A stretch of DNA of 64,000 nucleotides from Adineta vaga (GCA_021613535.1 CP075492.1:13888001-13952000), one strand, 5' to 3'. Shown: positions 25,566-38,145, counted from the stretch's first letter. Made by a program: numbers and translations. The notes: a model not told the origin generated them from the letters alone.

Positions 25566-28271
25566 ATGCCACAACGCAGTTCTTCCCTGAACACGAATGT
25601 TATTCACGTATATAAAAAACTAGCAATCGCTTTGCTTTTGTTCTATTAGACTTATATTTAGATCTCTCGGATCAATTGTCCGACAAATATTATACAATCA
25701 AATAGTCTTCATAGTTCGAATAAACCAAAAGTGAAAAAAGTTTGTCGACATCGTTCTCTCTCGCATGTATTATCATCATAAACATTCGTTTAAAGAAATA
25801 AATCATTTTTCTATTTGTTTTTCTTTTTAAAACAGCGTAGTGTTAAAAATCAAATAATTCATAGGCGGATTAATGAAAACAAAGGATCTGATCGAAGTTT
25901 TAAATCTGGTGTTCCCAAATCATTTCAAGGAGAAGTATGTTTTAACTACGATAGAGACACAGTGATTTGTCACCATGAAAATAAACTTAATTAGACACCA
26001 ATGACTTCAAAATCTGAACAGAATGCCGACTTTAATGATGGAATAGACAATAATACTTATCAACGATTTCAATCCTTAGTAATAGTATTCATCTGATCAA
26101 AAAGTGATGTTTTATGTGATGTGAATATCGTTTAGAATTCAATTGCGCTTGATAGAAATACTCATAGCTGTCAAAGAAATAATCAAATCAAAGAGAATAT
26201 TAGTTTTCATTTGAATAGAAGCAATCGTTTCATTTCGTTGGCTCATAGTTCGTCTGCTGCAAGTACCACTCAAGTATGATGTATGACGTTGTCGACGATC
26301 CGTTAAATTAGTTTTATTTTAGCAAACAATATCAACTGATATTATCAATCATTCTAATGTAATTACTTAGTATAGCAATTTTAATCTCCGATTATATTTT
26401 ATAGAGGGATATTTCGATGAAATCGCGCAATGAAATTTGCTATTATAGAAAAAAACAAGAAGAAAGACGGCGTAGATCTAAACGGTAATATAAATAAAAC
26501 TATTAATTGTTGAAATGGTCAATAGTTCTGGATTATCTTTCATTTTAAGATGTGGATGTTGTGGCTTTCATTGGCTCTGTTCACCTTGCTGTATTCTATG
26601 CTCAATCGTTGGTGTTGTTCTATTATCAGCAGCAATAGCTGCAATAATTGTTGCTCTCGTTATGAATAAATCAAAAACGACAACTACACTAAGTACAGGT
26701 TAGTTCAAATAATAACTTGATGATATTTCTAAACGAATCCTACTACGTACATAACTCTCTGTCATCATTTTCGTTTATAGCTTTCATAAATAACGTAACT
26801 TTATCGACTGACACAAGTACTACATCGGTATCGAGCTACGCGACGAGTAATATAGAGACTGCAACAGCAGAAAGTAGTACAACAACAACAACGGCTCGCA
26901 AATGTGGTGCTTCGTGTTTAAATCAATCATGGATTGATGTTTCGAATACAATAGCAAAATGGGAATTTGAAGGTTCATTTACAGATTCAGCGAATAATTA
27001 TAGTACAGTTGCAACATCAAGTGTACCAACTTTCATTTCAGAAGGATATGTTGGTCAAGCAGTATCATTTAATGCAACACTGCGGCAAGCTCTCTATACT
27101 TCATATATACCTTTAAGGAATATTAGTTTCACTATTGATGCATGGATCTATCAAAATGGAAAGCCAAATCCAACTGACTACAATATTGCTGGTATGTGTC
27201 CATCAATGACGACAAGAAACTGTCTTCAGGTTGGTATACGATCTCAAAAACTGTATTTTTCATTTTGGCTACCCGATTCTATGGGTGTAACAACGATTCA
27301 AACTAATCAATGGTTACATACTGCTTTTGTTTTTGACAAGACATTAGATGCAATGATCACTTATCTAAATGGTTTTGCTGATAAAATTTTGAATACTAAT
27401 CAAACATTACTATGTTCAACAGGAAATTTTACAATTGGTATAAATGCACTTGTAAGAACTCCAGACAATACCTTTCAGGTATATAAACAAATCATTACCA
27501 TTGTGTACTTGATTCGTATTGTTATTGTATATATATTTGTAGGGTTATATTGATAATTTATCAGTTTCAGGACGAGCAAAATCGTCCTGTGAAGTTCTTG
27601 AAATTGCTACGCTTGCAGCTCGTTTTCATTTTGATAATATTTCACCATTAGATGATTTTGGTCCCAATCAAGTAGATAAAATCGCTTCAAATTATGTTAT
27701 CAATCCTGGTTTCATTAACGAAGCTATATCATTTTCTGGAACATCGACTTCATGCTTTCAAACATGGGGTTTCACTTCATTTGGTATTATGAATAAAGAA
27801 TTCTCGTTTGCATTTTGGATTAAACCTCAATTACTCTCTGGTACCCTTATTCATCTATCGACATCATCACTTGGTACAGGAACAACATGTTTTCCTTTAC
27901 TAGCATTTGCTTCGAATGGATCTATAGTTGCACAAGTTTTGTTGAGTAATGGAGTTATCATTTCAGCTGTAGGTCCTCTATTACCCACTTCATCATCATG
28001 GATACCTATTGTTCAAACATGGAGTTCCAATAATGGATTAAAATTATATGTGAATAACACACTTGTAAGTTCTATTGCAGCTACGACATTTTTTACCAGT
28101 AATTCTTCTATAAACTATTTGACATTGGGTAATTGTTTAACTGGTTGTGGCTCGTGTACCAATGGACTTATTGCTTCATCAGGTCCATTTTTAGGTTCAA
28201 TTGATGAATGGTTAGTCTTTAGTCGAGAACTTAATGAAGATGATGTATGTGCTCATTACAATACTCGATAA
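25566..28271 (+). CDS. Type II membrane protein with Thr-rich stalk and two LamG/pentraxin-like (concanavalin A fold) domains
   Basis: A chain of seven short 5' exons splices open from ATG 25566 into Cys-rich RCGCCG..SPCC, a TM helix and a TTTTT stalk. Then SFTIDAWIY, WLHTAFVF, FQ|GYIDNL, FSFAFWIKP and GSIDEWLVFSREL. Confidence 0.8.
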
Positions 28272-29577
28272 TGTGATGAATACGTTTTTAACTATTATTT
28301 TAAAGACTTTGTTATACAAGATTTTCCTTTTCTCTGATTTACTTTAAATAATTATTTTCATTTTGAGGATGAAAATGTATATGTTTTTTCTACATTGTCA
28401 GTTGCAATCTCGGTATCGTATTTCTAAGAAGTTTTTGCTCTATTTTATTATCAATCAATAATCTCCTTTGTAAAAAAATTCAACTCATATTAAATAAAAA
28501 CAACGAATTTGTAGAGTAAAGGAAAACCATGGTTTGGGTTCTGTTTGATTGAATATATTATTTGTATCAAAATTTAACATCGTACTAGTCGATTATATTG
28601 TTTCGTAATTACAGTTTGGACCTTTTTTTCCTGACATTAGACATACACATAAAACACCCAAAGGGAAACATAGAATACAAATTAACAGACAACATAATAC
28701 ATTTAAACAGCTCGTATGTGATTGTAAAATACCTATCTTAAAACAATAAATTTCTATATAGCTAAATATATGTGCTCTAACAATAAACTTACATGACATG
28801 ATGGACAATCACCTATTGGTCGATGTATAACTATCGGTGTATATTTAATATCGGATTTCGATACAGTTACTCAGTTAGGTAGTTCATTATGAACTTGTTG
28901 TTGAGACGACATCATTGTATGCTTTATTGAAAAAAATATACTTGAACGATAAATGAGTAGATACTCGTAATATAACTTGTAATGATCAAATAAAACAGAG
29001 ACGTTTATCTTATAAAAAATCAATGATGAAATATACAATAACACATTGGTGCACACTTTGAAATGCAGTCTTATCTAGAATGGCTCTGCGTTGGATAAAA
29101 TATTCCCGTTCTATGGGATGGGAAAATGATCCCATTCCATCCAATTCCACGTGAAGTCATGCGTCTATATTTAGAATTATGATGATACTGTCGTTTCATT
29201 ATCAGATATTGTAATTATGTACATATTTCTCTTGTTCACTGACATTCTGATCTACATCCATGTATCGTCAATAGCCAAGAATTACTTTCATTTTTAATCA
29301 TTTGTTTTATTGATATTTGTACCTTATCTTTTCTTTTTATTTTGTTATTTATCTTGAAATTACTGAAATATGTTAAGTTTTATGTCAGAAACAATTTCAA
29401 AGTTACTAGAAATCGTAATTTAACTATACGCGTTGAAAAGAACAAATCACAAATACATATATGAAATACTTTAGTATTAGTAATGAAATAACATGCACCC
29501 TTGAATCTGTCCAATCTTAAGATTTCAGTCATACGAGAAAATGAAGCATATAGTTGTCGTTAGTTGACTGTTCATTT

Positions 29578-29628
29578 TTGAAAGATAGATGTGGGTGTGG
29601 GCATCATATTCATTTTCATACCCTTAAG
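29578..29628. repeat. TGTGGG hairpin element (shortened copy)
   Basis: TTGAAAGATAGATGTGGGTGTGGGCATC...ATACCCTTAAG; same TTGAAAGA start as the 11471 copy. Confidence 0.5.
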
Positions 29629-29943
29629 GCTTTCTCTTTTCTCTAATTTACTTCAGACCAAGAGGGAGAAATTGGTTCTTGACGGTTCTAAATAGCTCCG
29701 TAAGAAACCGTCGGTATCTCTCGAAAATCATTAGGAACTATAAAGATCCGAAGAATTAAGAAATGATTTTCTCGTTTGGTTTTTGCGCACATATTAGGCC
29801 GTATGTACGACGAAATTACTGAGTCAGTTGTTGACGTCAATAATTGATCACACATATTTTCATATATACGCAAAATAACGAACGAAGTAGAGTATAGGCT
29901 CTTTATAAATACCTTCCTTACCTGAATCCGTTTTCATCTAAAT

Positions 29944-30956
29944 ATGTTTCGCTTATTCTATATATTTTGTTTTTCTTTCGTTCTTTTTTCACACGAATCA
30001 ATTCAACAACAATCTTTGCCATACACAGCTGGTTACCGCTCATCGTTTAGATTTCATCAAACAGGCAACATTAATCTTCTTATTTCGGCACCACATGGAG
30101 GTACTGTAATGCCCTATGATGTACCTGATCGAACAATCGGTGGATGTCTTCGTACATCAGGTCTAAATGCTGGTGAATGTACATGGTTCTTCAATGATAC
30201 ATGTTCTGACGGTAATATCTGTAATACAACAACTGTGCGAGATACGCAAAGTGATGAATTTGCCGAAAATGTAGCAAATGAATTAAATAAAACCTGGGGT
30301 TATAAATCATATGTTATTATTGGTACATGGAGTCGTAAAAAAGTTGATTTTAATCGAGAAATTGACGAAGCAACTTTAAATCATCCTGAAGCGATTGCTG
30401 CTTATCAAGCCTATCATGCATTTATCAATCAAACTGTAAATTATATTCATAATAATTACGATACAGGTCTTCTGATTGATATTCATGGTCATGGACAAGG
30501 AAAGTAAGTTTATAACAAAAAGATTTTCAGATATTCCTTATTTCATGATTTATTTAATTTAGTTATACTATGGCTGGATATCTTTTGAGCGGTCAACAAT
30601 TGAATCAAAATGATCTCAATGTCCTTCGAGTAACAACATCGATCGAACCACTATGTGGAACCGATCGTAACGAATGTATTCGTGGTCAATCTTCATTTGG
30701 TACAATACTTGAACTAAATGGACTTGGTATTGTTTATCCATCATTTGCAAATCCAAAACCTGGTAATCGCGAATTTTTATCAGGTGGTTTCATCACACGT
30801 AACTATATTTCAAGAATTAATGCCATTCAAACTGAATTACCTAATGGTATACGTACAGCAGCAAATCGCGTAGATAATGCGAAAAACTATGCACAAGCTA
30901 TCATCGATTACATGGAGATGAACAATATATTAAGAAATGCGACTGCTACTGTCTAA
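29944..30956 (+). CDS. Secreted N-formylglutamate amidohydrolase-like (Zn-exopeptidase fold) protein
   Basis: Signal peptide, then LLISAPHGG, RKKVDFNRE, YH, LLIDIHGHG, SGGFITR and IQTELP. Intron 30504-30562 joins the two ORFs in frame. Confidence 0.8.
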
Positions 30957-31215
30957 CTGTAACTTATCTCAAAAGATTTGACTAAATAAAATCAATTGAG
31001 GATAAGGACGTTTTTCTATATCTTCACATTATTGTATAATCATATTGATATGGATAAGAACTAACACAAAAGAAAGAGACTATGTGAAATAACATTGAGT
31101 TTCTTTCCTTTCTTCTTCTTCTTCTTCTTTTTAAACAACGAACAATATATTTACTTGATTGTGCGCGGTGTACTTGGTTTTTTTCCTCGTATACACACGC
31201 AGTATTTTGAAACAA

Positions 31216-32883
31216 ATGAATATCGAATCAATGGAGCATTTACCTAATGAAGTATGGTTACTTATCTTCGAATATCTACACCAAGTGGATATTTTGCATG
31301 GATTTTTAGACATAAATCAACGTTTTCAATGTGTAATCCAACCTTATATTCATCATATCGATCTGAGTAATGTTTCTTTTACACAATACAATCAATTCTG
31401 TGACTGTGTATTGCCAAAATATCATGATCGTATCCATTCTTTGAAGTTAGAAAATCATAATCAATTCAAATTATTCAAAGAAAATATTTTGAAATTGACA
31501 AATACTCTCGAATCTCTCACATTAGATAGCGATGATTTATATCAATGGAAAGCTGACAACGATCAAACAGAATTCTATTTACAACATTTGAAGGATTTCA
31601 AAAAACTAACTGATCTTCAATTTATTGGACAATTTACTCCTATAATAGAGTCCAAGTTATTCGGTTATATTAATCAAATATCAACATTAGAAACATTGAC
31701 TATACTAACTGAATCAATTAATCGTTTTCAATATGATAAGCAATTCATTCTGCAAATGCCAAATTTGAAGGTGATCAAAATAAATCTCATCGATTTTACT
31801 GAATTAACTTATCTTTTAAACACGCCTAGTCAAATTCAACAAATCTACATATCTATACGTAACGCTCGAATTCTTGACAATTTCGATACAATGATTAAGG
31901 ATAATGTCTCATCATTACAGAAATTACACGTAGAATTCGGCACATTATATACAAAAAATGTATCCAATTGCAAACTTGTTGAACTGTTCGCATGTTTTCG
32001 TGATCTTTTTCACAAATTTCAAATAAATTTGCAATCATTTACACTTATCATGTCATTAGAAATGTTCGAAAACGAAACAACGTCTTTTGATCTAAAACAA
32101 TTTACTTCAATTCCTTCCTTTCAATACTTAATTCATACTTTATCTCAACCAAAATCGTTCGATGATTGGCAAAATATTCAACAATTACCAGATGATACCT
32201 ATCTTCTGCATACATCTCCTCGTCCAGTTAGTTTTATAGAAAACCGATTTCCACAGTATTATTCTAGATCATGCGTTCTCAACGAAACATCGTTATCATC
32301 AATACGACATAATACATATTATCTTACCATAAATTCAGATTACAATGCAACAATTTCATTTTCATTCAAATTTGTTAAACTACGAAAACTAGCTGGTTAT
32401 TGTCTGGGAACTTCTACAAAGAGAATGTTATTTCATACAATTGTTCTATTATCACCGAATTTAAAATATCTTCGTTTAACGAACAATCAACCGAAGGAAC
32501 TTCGAGAAGTTTTTGAATTATGTAACAAATCATTAAAGAAAATTATTCTATTAGAATGTGGTGGTTATGGATTATATTCAACATTTTTTGTTCACATTGG
32601 AGAGTTTATGCCACATTTGAAATATTTGAAATTATTCTATGCTAATCATACAAATGAATTGTCGCCAAAACTCGTGATCGATCATATACAACAGTATTGT
32701 TCAAAATTGAAGAAATTATCTTGGATTAATTTGCAGAATAGTCTTCAAATGAATCAAAGTACCAGAGAAACCTATGAAGAATTTATTCAAGTATTAAAAG
32801 AAAAACAGAAATCTAAAATCATTTGGTTTACTTCGGAGATTTTCATCTTGCCTTATGAGCATCATACAAATGTTTGGTTTTAA
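31216..32883 (+). CDS. F-box/LRR-like protein
   Basis: First ATG 31216; F-box MEHLPNEVWLLIFEYL..DILHGF..INQRF, followed by LRR-like LxxLxL repeats. Confidence 0.85.
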   Translation: MNIESMEHLPNEVWLLIFEYLHQVDILHGFLDINQRFQCVIQPYIHHIDLSNVSFTQYNQFCDCVLPKYHDRIHSLKLENHNQFKLFKENILKLTNTLESLTLDSDDLYQWKADNDQTEFYLQHLKDFKKLTDLQFIGQFTPIIESKLFGYINQISTLETLTILTESINRFQYDKQFILQMPNLKVIKINLIDFTELTYLLNTPSQIQQIYISIRNARILDNFDTMIKDNVSSLQKLHVEFGTLYTKNVSNCKLVELFACFRDLFHKFQINLQSFTLIMSLEMFENETTSFDLKQFTSIPSFQYLIHTLSQPKSFDDWQNIQQLPDDTYLLHTSPRPVSFIENRFPQYYSRSCVLNETSLSSIRHNTYYLTINSDYNATISFSFKFVKLRKLAGYCLGTSTKRMLFHTIVLLSPNLKYLRLTNNQPKELREVFELCNKSLKKIILLECGGYGLYSTFFVHIGEFMPHLKYLKLFYANHTNELSPKLVIDHIQQYCSKLKKLSWINLQNSLQMNQSTRETYEEFIQVLKEKQKSKIIWFTSEIFILPYEHHTNVWF

Positions 32884-33662
32884 TAGACATCATATATATA
32901 TAGCTATATTCGTGAATGATTGATAGAGATTTTAATAAAATCTTCATAAGATGGTGGTAGTGAACTCGAGAAGGAAATAATTCTGTATAAGATGGTAGAC
33001 CAACAAGTCTATAAAAAGCAGTAAGATTAAAACTGACTCTTGAGTTTCATTATGAAATCTTGTTGTTAGATTCGTTCGACTTTGACGTGAGACAAAGAAA
33101 AAGGATTGAAGAAAATGTATCATGTAAAGTTGGGATGAAGATTTAGACGCGAAGCAGAGGCAAACACAACACCTATATCCTCGATAATCGAATGTATAAC
33201 AATTTGATGTTGTTTAAACTATATTAAAATCAACTAGATCACTTAAATGTTATATTTTGAATAATAAAAGTGACGATCATTCTTGATGACTAATCATCAC
33301 AACTTTTCTTTATTTTTTTTTATAGTTATTTACTCAATTGTTCGCCGTATTAACATTGCAAAAATCTGAGAACAGATGAAATTCATGTACGCAAATTACC
33401 TTTTTGTGATGAATAAAAACGTTTTTTCATCGTGTTGGACAAAATTATGACTTAAACAGTTAAAGAAAATGAAAATTATAAGTCTATTCTTCATTGAAAG
33501 AAAAAGAAATTTCATTCGGCTTTCTACTTTTTCTTAATCGTTCTTTCAACTACAGTTGCTTTTCAAAAGTGATTGTAAGGAGGTTATTTATATCCAAAAC
33601 ATATTCATACTGTATGTATTTCAAATGAATTTACTCTGTTTTATCGCTATAGATATCGAAAA

Positions 33663-34820
33663 ATGCTTAATCATGTGTTTTTTCTGATCTGCGTTCAACA
33701 AACTCTTGCTAACATTCCTAATTATGTACATTTACACACATCTGAAGAGATTATGGAAACGAACTATGTTATATTACATAAACTCAATCTTTGTAAAGAT
33801 TTTCAATATACTAATAGTCAATTATTCATTGCAATTAAATCTTCGACAAAAAACTCTCATCAACGACAATTGGTTCGACAAACATGGTTACCTGAAGTTC
33901 TACAATATCACATTCCGTATGTATTCGTTTTAGGATCAACAAATGATGGAGAATTGTTAGAAAAACTTCTCGAAGAAGATAAACAATATCATGATTTAAT
34001 AATAGGAAGATTCGTTGATGATTATTATAATTTAACATTAAAATCAATTTTTACACTTACTTGGACAAAAGTGTATTGTCCAACTCGATGGCTTTTATAT
34101 ACAGATGATGATGCGATTATTAATGTTGAGAATATTGTTCAATTTATCGCTTCCGTCAAAGATCTATTGAATCGAAATGTGTTTTGTGAGAAAGGTCCAC
34201 GTCGTGTTCATCGAGAATTTGACAGTAAATGGTATGTTCCCGAATCAGTATGGCCAAAACAAAACTATCCTGAGTTCTGCTATGGATGGGGTTATTTAAT
34301 ACCATCGAATACTCTACCGTTATTACAAAATATGTTGGCTGATAATAAAACGAAACCAAAACTATGGATAGAAGATGTATTTGTCACTGGTATTGCTACT
34401 AAAGCTGCTGGAATCAAAGTGGTTCAAGCAGCATTTGCATGTTGCAATCTTCGTTATCGGCATTTATTCAAAACAAATATGGTTTTAGGACAAATGGGAA
34501 AAGACGAAGACTTTCTCGAAAGTTGGACAATGGTTCAAGGAAAAACAATCTTATCTCAGAGAAAAGAACCGAAATACTATATCACTAAGAATGATATTTC
34601 AAGTTTTGATAGGAACGGACTCTTAATGGGAACATCAAAAGTAATAAATGAAACATTACTAAACACTTTACCAAGAATAAATTACATGAGCTCAAGCAAT
34701 CGTTCGTACTTCTGGCATGGTATTCTAGTGATATTATTTGTTATTTTATTGTATTTAGGACTCTCACAGCAAATTCTACTGAGACTCATCGAAAATTTGT
34801 TTAATATAGAAAATGCTTGA
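33663..34820 (+). CDS. GT31 beta-1,3-galactosyltransferase-like protein
   Basis: RQLVRQTW, FVLG, DDYYNLTLKS, YTDDD, SKWYV, YPEFCYGWGY and WIEDVFVTG motifs. Confidence 0.88.
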   Translation: MLNHVFFLICVQQTLANIPNYVHLHTSEEIMETNYVILHKLNLCKDFQYTNSQLFIAIKSSTKNSHQRQLVRQTWLPEVLQYHIPYVFVLGSTNDGELLEKLLEEDKQYHDLIIGRFVDDYYNLTLKSIFTLTWTKVYCPTRWLLYTDDDAIINVENIVQFIASVKDLLNRNVFCEKGPRRVHREFDSKWYVPESVWPKQNYPEFCYGWGYLIPSNTLPLLQNMLADNKTKPKLWIEDVFVTGIATKAAGIKVVQAAFACCNLRYRHLFKTNMVLGQMGKDEDFLESWTMVQGKTILSQRKEPKYYITKNDISSFDRNGLLMGTSKVINETLLNTLPRINYMSSSNRSYFWHGILVILFVILLYLGLSQQILLRLIENLFNIENA

Positions 34821-35054
34821 ATGCGTAATAGGATAAATTTCCGTGTTATGAAATTATATGAGTAATGTCCAAGCACGTCATCAACATGCGTGTGTTCTTT
34901 TCTTTTCGAAGCGTAACTATGAATCATATTTCTTTTTTCAGTGTTTCTATAGAGGTATGGATTTCATCTTACGTATGCTGTTATTCATTTTTTCACCATC
35001 ACTATATTACATTTAAATCTGAATCAAAACTATTGATTCAAGCAAAACATAAAA

Positions 35055-35823
35055 ATGTATATTTTAATTCGTCTTTGTCTAACTATAACTATTGCAGCAG
35101 CTCTTATTCATTGTCAAGGAGCTCGTGGTGGTGGTGGTGGTGGATCCAGAGGAGGAGGTAGTAGCTACAGAGGTAAATACACCGAATAGTTCTCATTTTT
35201 TTGACATAATTTTTTGTTAAAATTTAGGTGGTTCTCGAACTGGTGGTAGTCGATGTACTGGTGACGATTGTAATCGAGCAGGTATCATTGCTGGTAGTGT
35301 GATAGGTGGTATTTTTGGTCTACTTGCTATTATTTTTGGTTCTATATTCTGTTATCGTCGATGTAAAGGAAAGCCATCACGAACTAATTCAGTATTTGTT
35401 GCTAAGATGCCTTCTGATAGAAATCAACCGTATTCCAAAGCTTCTTTTCAAACAGGTATGTGGTCTAGTCGTTATCATCAGTATAACCGATGGCATGGAC
35501 CTCATCAGTTATCATTAACATTCGATTCTTCAATGTTAAAAATAGATGGAAACGGAACAGATGATGTTGGTGAATTTACGATCACTGGACTTTATTCTTT
35601 TCAAACGAATCGAATGACTTTAGACAAATTGTATAAGTCAGGTACAGGGAATATCATGGAGAATTTTGGACATAAAGTGACTATACAATTGGATTGGAAT
35701 GCAGAACTTAATCAGTTCGAAGGTACATGGTATGTTCAAACGAAAAAATATCGTGGAGAAGATAAATTCGAATTGAAATTGAATCAAGCCATAGAATTAT
35801 CTGATGAAAAATTAAAATATTAA
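35055..35823 (+). CDS. Small single-pass membrane protein: signal peptide, RGG/Gly-rich ectodomain, cytoplasmic beta-rich domain
   Basis: ATG 35055 MYILIRLCLTITIAAALIHCQGARGGGGGGSRGGG. Intron 35173-35227 splices in frame into the TM segment IIAGSVIGGIFGLLAIIFGSIFC and the 35299 ORF. Confidence 0.8.
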
Positions 35824-36559
35824 TTCTGTTTTTTTATACAATAAAAATTGTTTATTAACAATATTACTCTCGTTTTTCTCTTATAGCCGTATGAAGAGAA
35901 TTATTTTACTCATTTGACATAGACTGATTATATTCCTTATTGTCAGGTCAAGAAAGTAAAAATATGATAAATGCACTTTTCGAACAAGAAATTTTTACTC
36001 GATGAATGCTATCGTCAATCATGACGCAGATGTAACAACTGTGAAGGTTATTAGCACATCAGCATATCTCATTAGCCATATTATTCTACTTTATACTGAA
36101 GGTTTTCTCATACACAAATAAGTTATCTTGACATATCTACTTTGAATGAAAAAAGAACGGTTTTCTCTAAATATTTATGTACGTCATCAACTATTTTATT
36201 AGCAATATTTGATAAAAAAAGATACTGTGTTGCTAATTATTATGATTGAGTCAATTTAACGTTATTTGTTTGCAACGGAAATGTGACACTCACCCTAAAA
36301 ATAAAGAATACCATCATATGATAATTTACAATCACGTGTAAAAAGAATTCTCGCATAATCAGATTTAATTCACATTTTTTGAAAGACTATCAATTAGACA
36401 TACACTATATAATCAGCTTGCATTTTCTCCATATAAATATAAAAACTGTCTGAAATATTTTTTTTCATAAACTTCGAGACAACATTGAAACGAATCATTT
36501 ATGATATTTATATTTTATCTTTGACAAACATCTCTTCATTCATTAACTGACTCGAAAAT

Positions 36560-37528
36560 ATGTCATCAGCTGCATACTTACCTTTACTACAACGACATTT
36601 GACACGTTATGGAATGACAACTTATAACGCACTTGGCAATATAGGTTTACTATTCAATATGATGGTTTTCGTTTGGCCAGCATACCGTCGAAATCCTTGT
36701 TCAATCTATATATTTGCAGCATCTTTATTTGGTTTAATTGGTTTGAATGTTTCTACCCTACCAGTTATATATGCATTAGATCATCCTAATCCATCAACTG
36801 CATCTGTTCAATTTTGTGAATTACAATTCTATTTTCGTCATTCATTCAATCAAATGATGCGGACATTCTTCATATGTGCATGTATTGATCGATATGCTAT
36901 ATCAAGTAATCATACTCGCATTCGATCATTTAGTCGATTTCGAATAGCCATTTATATTGTTATTTGTGTTCCAATCTTCTGGTTCATATTAGCCATATGG
37001 CCATACACATTAAATTCACTTGAAAATGGTCGATGTGGTGGAAAACGAGGCTTATCGGCTATTATCTTATCTGCATATATGGTAATTATTGTCGGTATTA
37101 TTCCATTAGTATGCATGATTCTCTTTGGTGCATTAATGTTTAGAAATTTAAGAAATATTCGTGCTCGTGTTCGTCCAAGTACATCTATTGATTTGATTAT
37201 ATCCCGTGTTCATAAGCGTGATCGAGATATGATTAAAATGTTATTAATTGAAACCGTATGGTATGTTATTACAATAGCACCATTTGCAATTAATCTTTTA
37301 TATCAATCAGCTACTCAAACAGTGATTAAAAGTATGGATCGACAGCTAATTGAATCGTTTAGTACTTATTTTAATGGAACGTTCTTGATTTATATGAATA
37401 ATAGTCTGTCATTTTATATTTATATTTGTGTATCAAAATCATTTCGATCACATGTGAAAAAATCATGTTTCAAACATTGCAAATTGATTTCAAAACAATC
37501 AACACAAATGAATACAAGTATCATATAA
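36560..37528 (+). CDS. Class A (rhodopsin-like) orphan GPCR
   Basis: Seven hydrophobic segments, GN in TM1, CIDRY, and a TM7 FYIY..SKSFR motif. Confidence 0.88.
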   Translation: MSSAAYLPLLQRHLTRYGMTTYNALGNIGLLFNMMVFVWPAYRRNPCSIYIFAASLFGLIGLNVSTLPVIYALDHPNPSTASVQFCELQFYFRHSFNQMMRTFFICACIDRYAISSNHTRIRSFSRFRIAIYIVICVPIFWFILAIWPYTLNSLENGRCGGKRGLSAIILSAYMVIIVGIIPLVCMILFGALMFRNLRNIRARVRPSTSIDLIISRVHKRDRDMIKMLLIETVWYVITIAPFAINLLYQSATQTVIKSMDRQLIESFSTYFNGTFLIYMNNSLSFYIYICVSKSFRSHVKKSCFKHCKLISKQSTQMNTSII

Positions 37529-38145
37529 AAACATTGTATATCATAAACTATACAGTTGTAATAAATATTTTATCGTATAATGTTGTGTCGTAAAGTTTCT
37601 TATGAATGTATTTGATTTTTAAATGTGCAACAGAAACGTTTTGATATTATAAAGATTTCTCTACAATAAAATGAGTTAAATTTTCACATTCTCATTCTAT
37701 TAAGTATACTAATATAAAGAACCAATAAGAAAGTAAAATACTGATGGATTTTAGTCGATAGATAAAACTTTCTTGTAAATATGTATCTAGTAATTCCATT
37801 CTCAATATATCTGGAATCATCGTATTCTAGAAAAAATAAGTCATCAAGTTTGTCTTGAAAACTAACAGTATTTTCATCAAAAAACAAAATCATGAAATTA
37901 ACAGAGATCTATCGATATGGCCTGTCATTATTTTTAGAGATGGTTGAGGTGGGCAACTAAAATTTCATAGTCAATTTTCAAAACAAATATCTGACTGATT
38001 GTTTATCTCAATACAAGTTTGTTTCTTCATCCTCTATAACAAATATTCGTAAAATTTCAAACTAATCCATAATAATTATCAATCCGAAAAAAATATATAA
38101 AAGCAATTATAAAAAGATAAGCTTATTGATCGATATACCAAAGCA

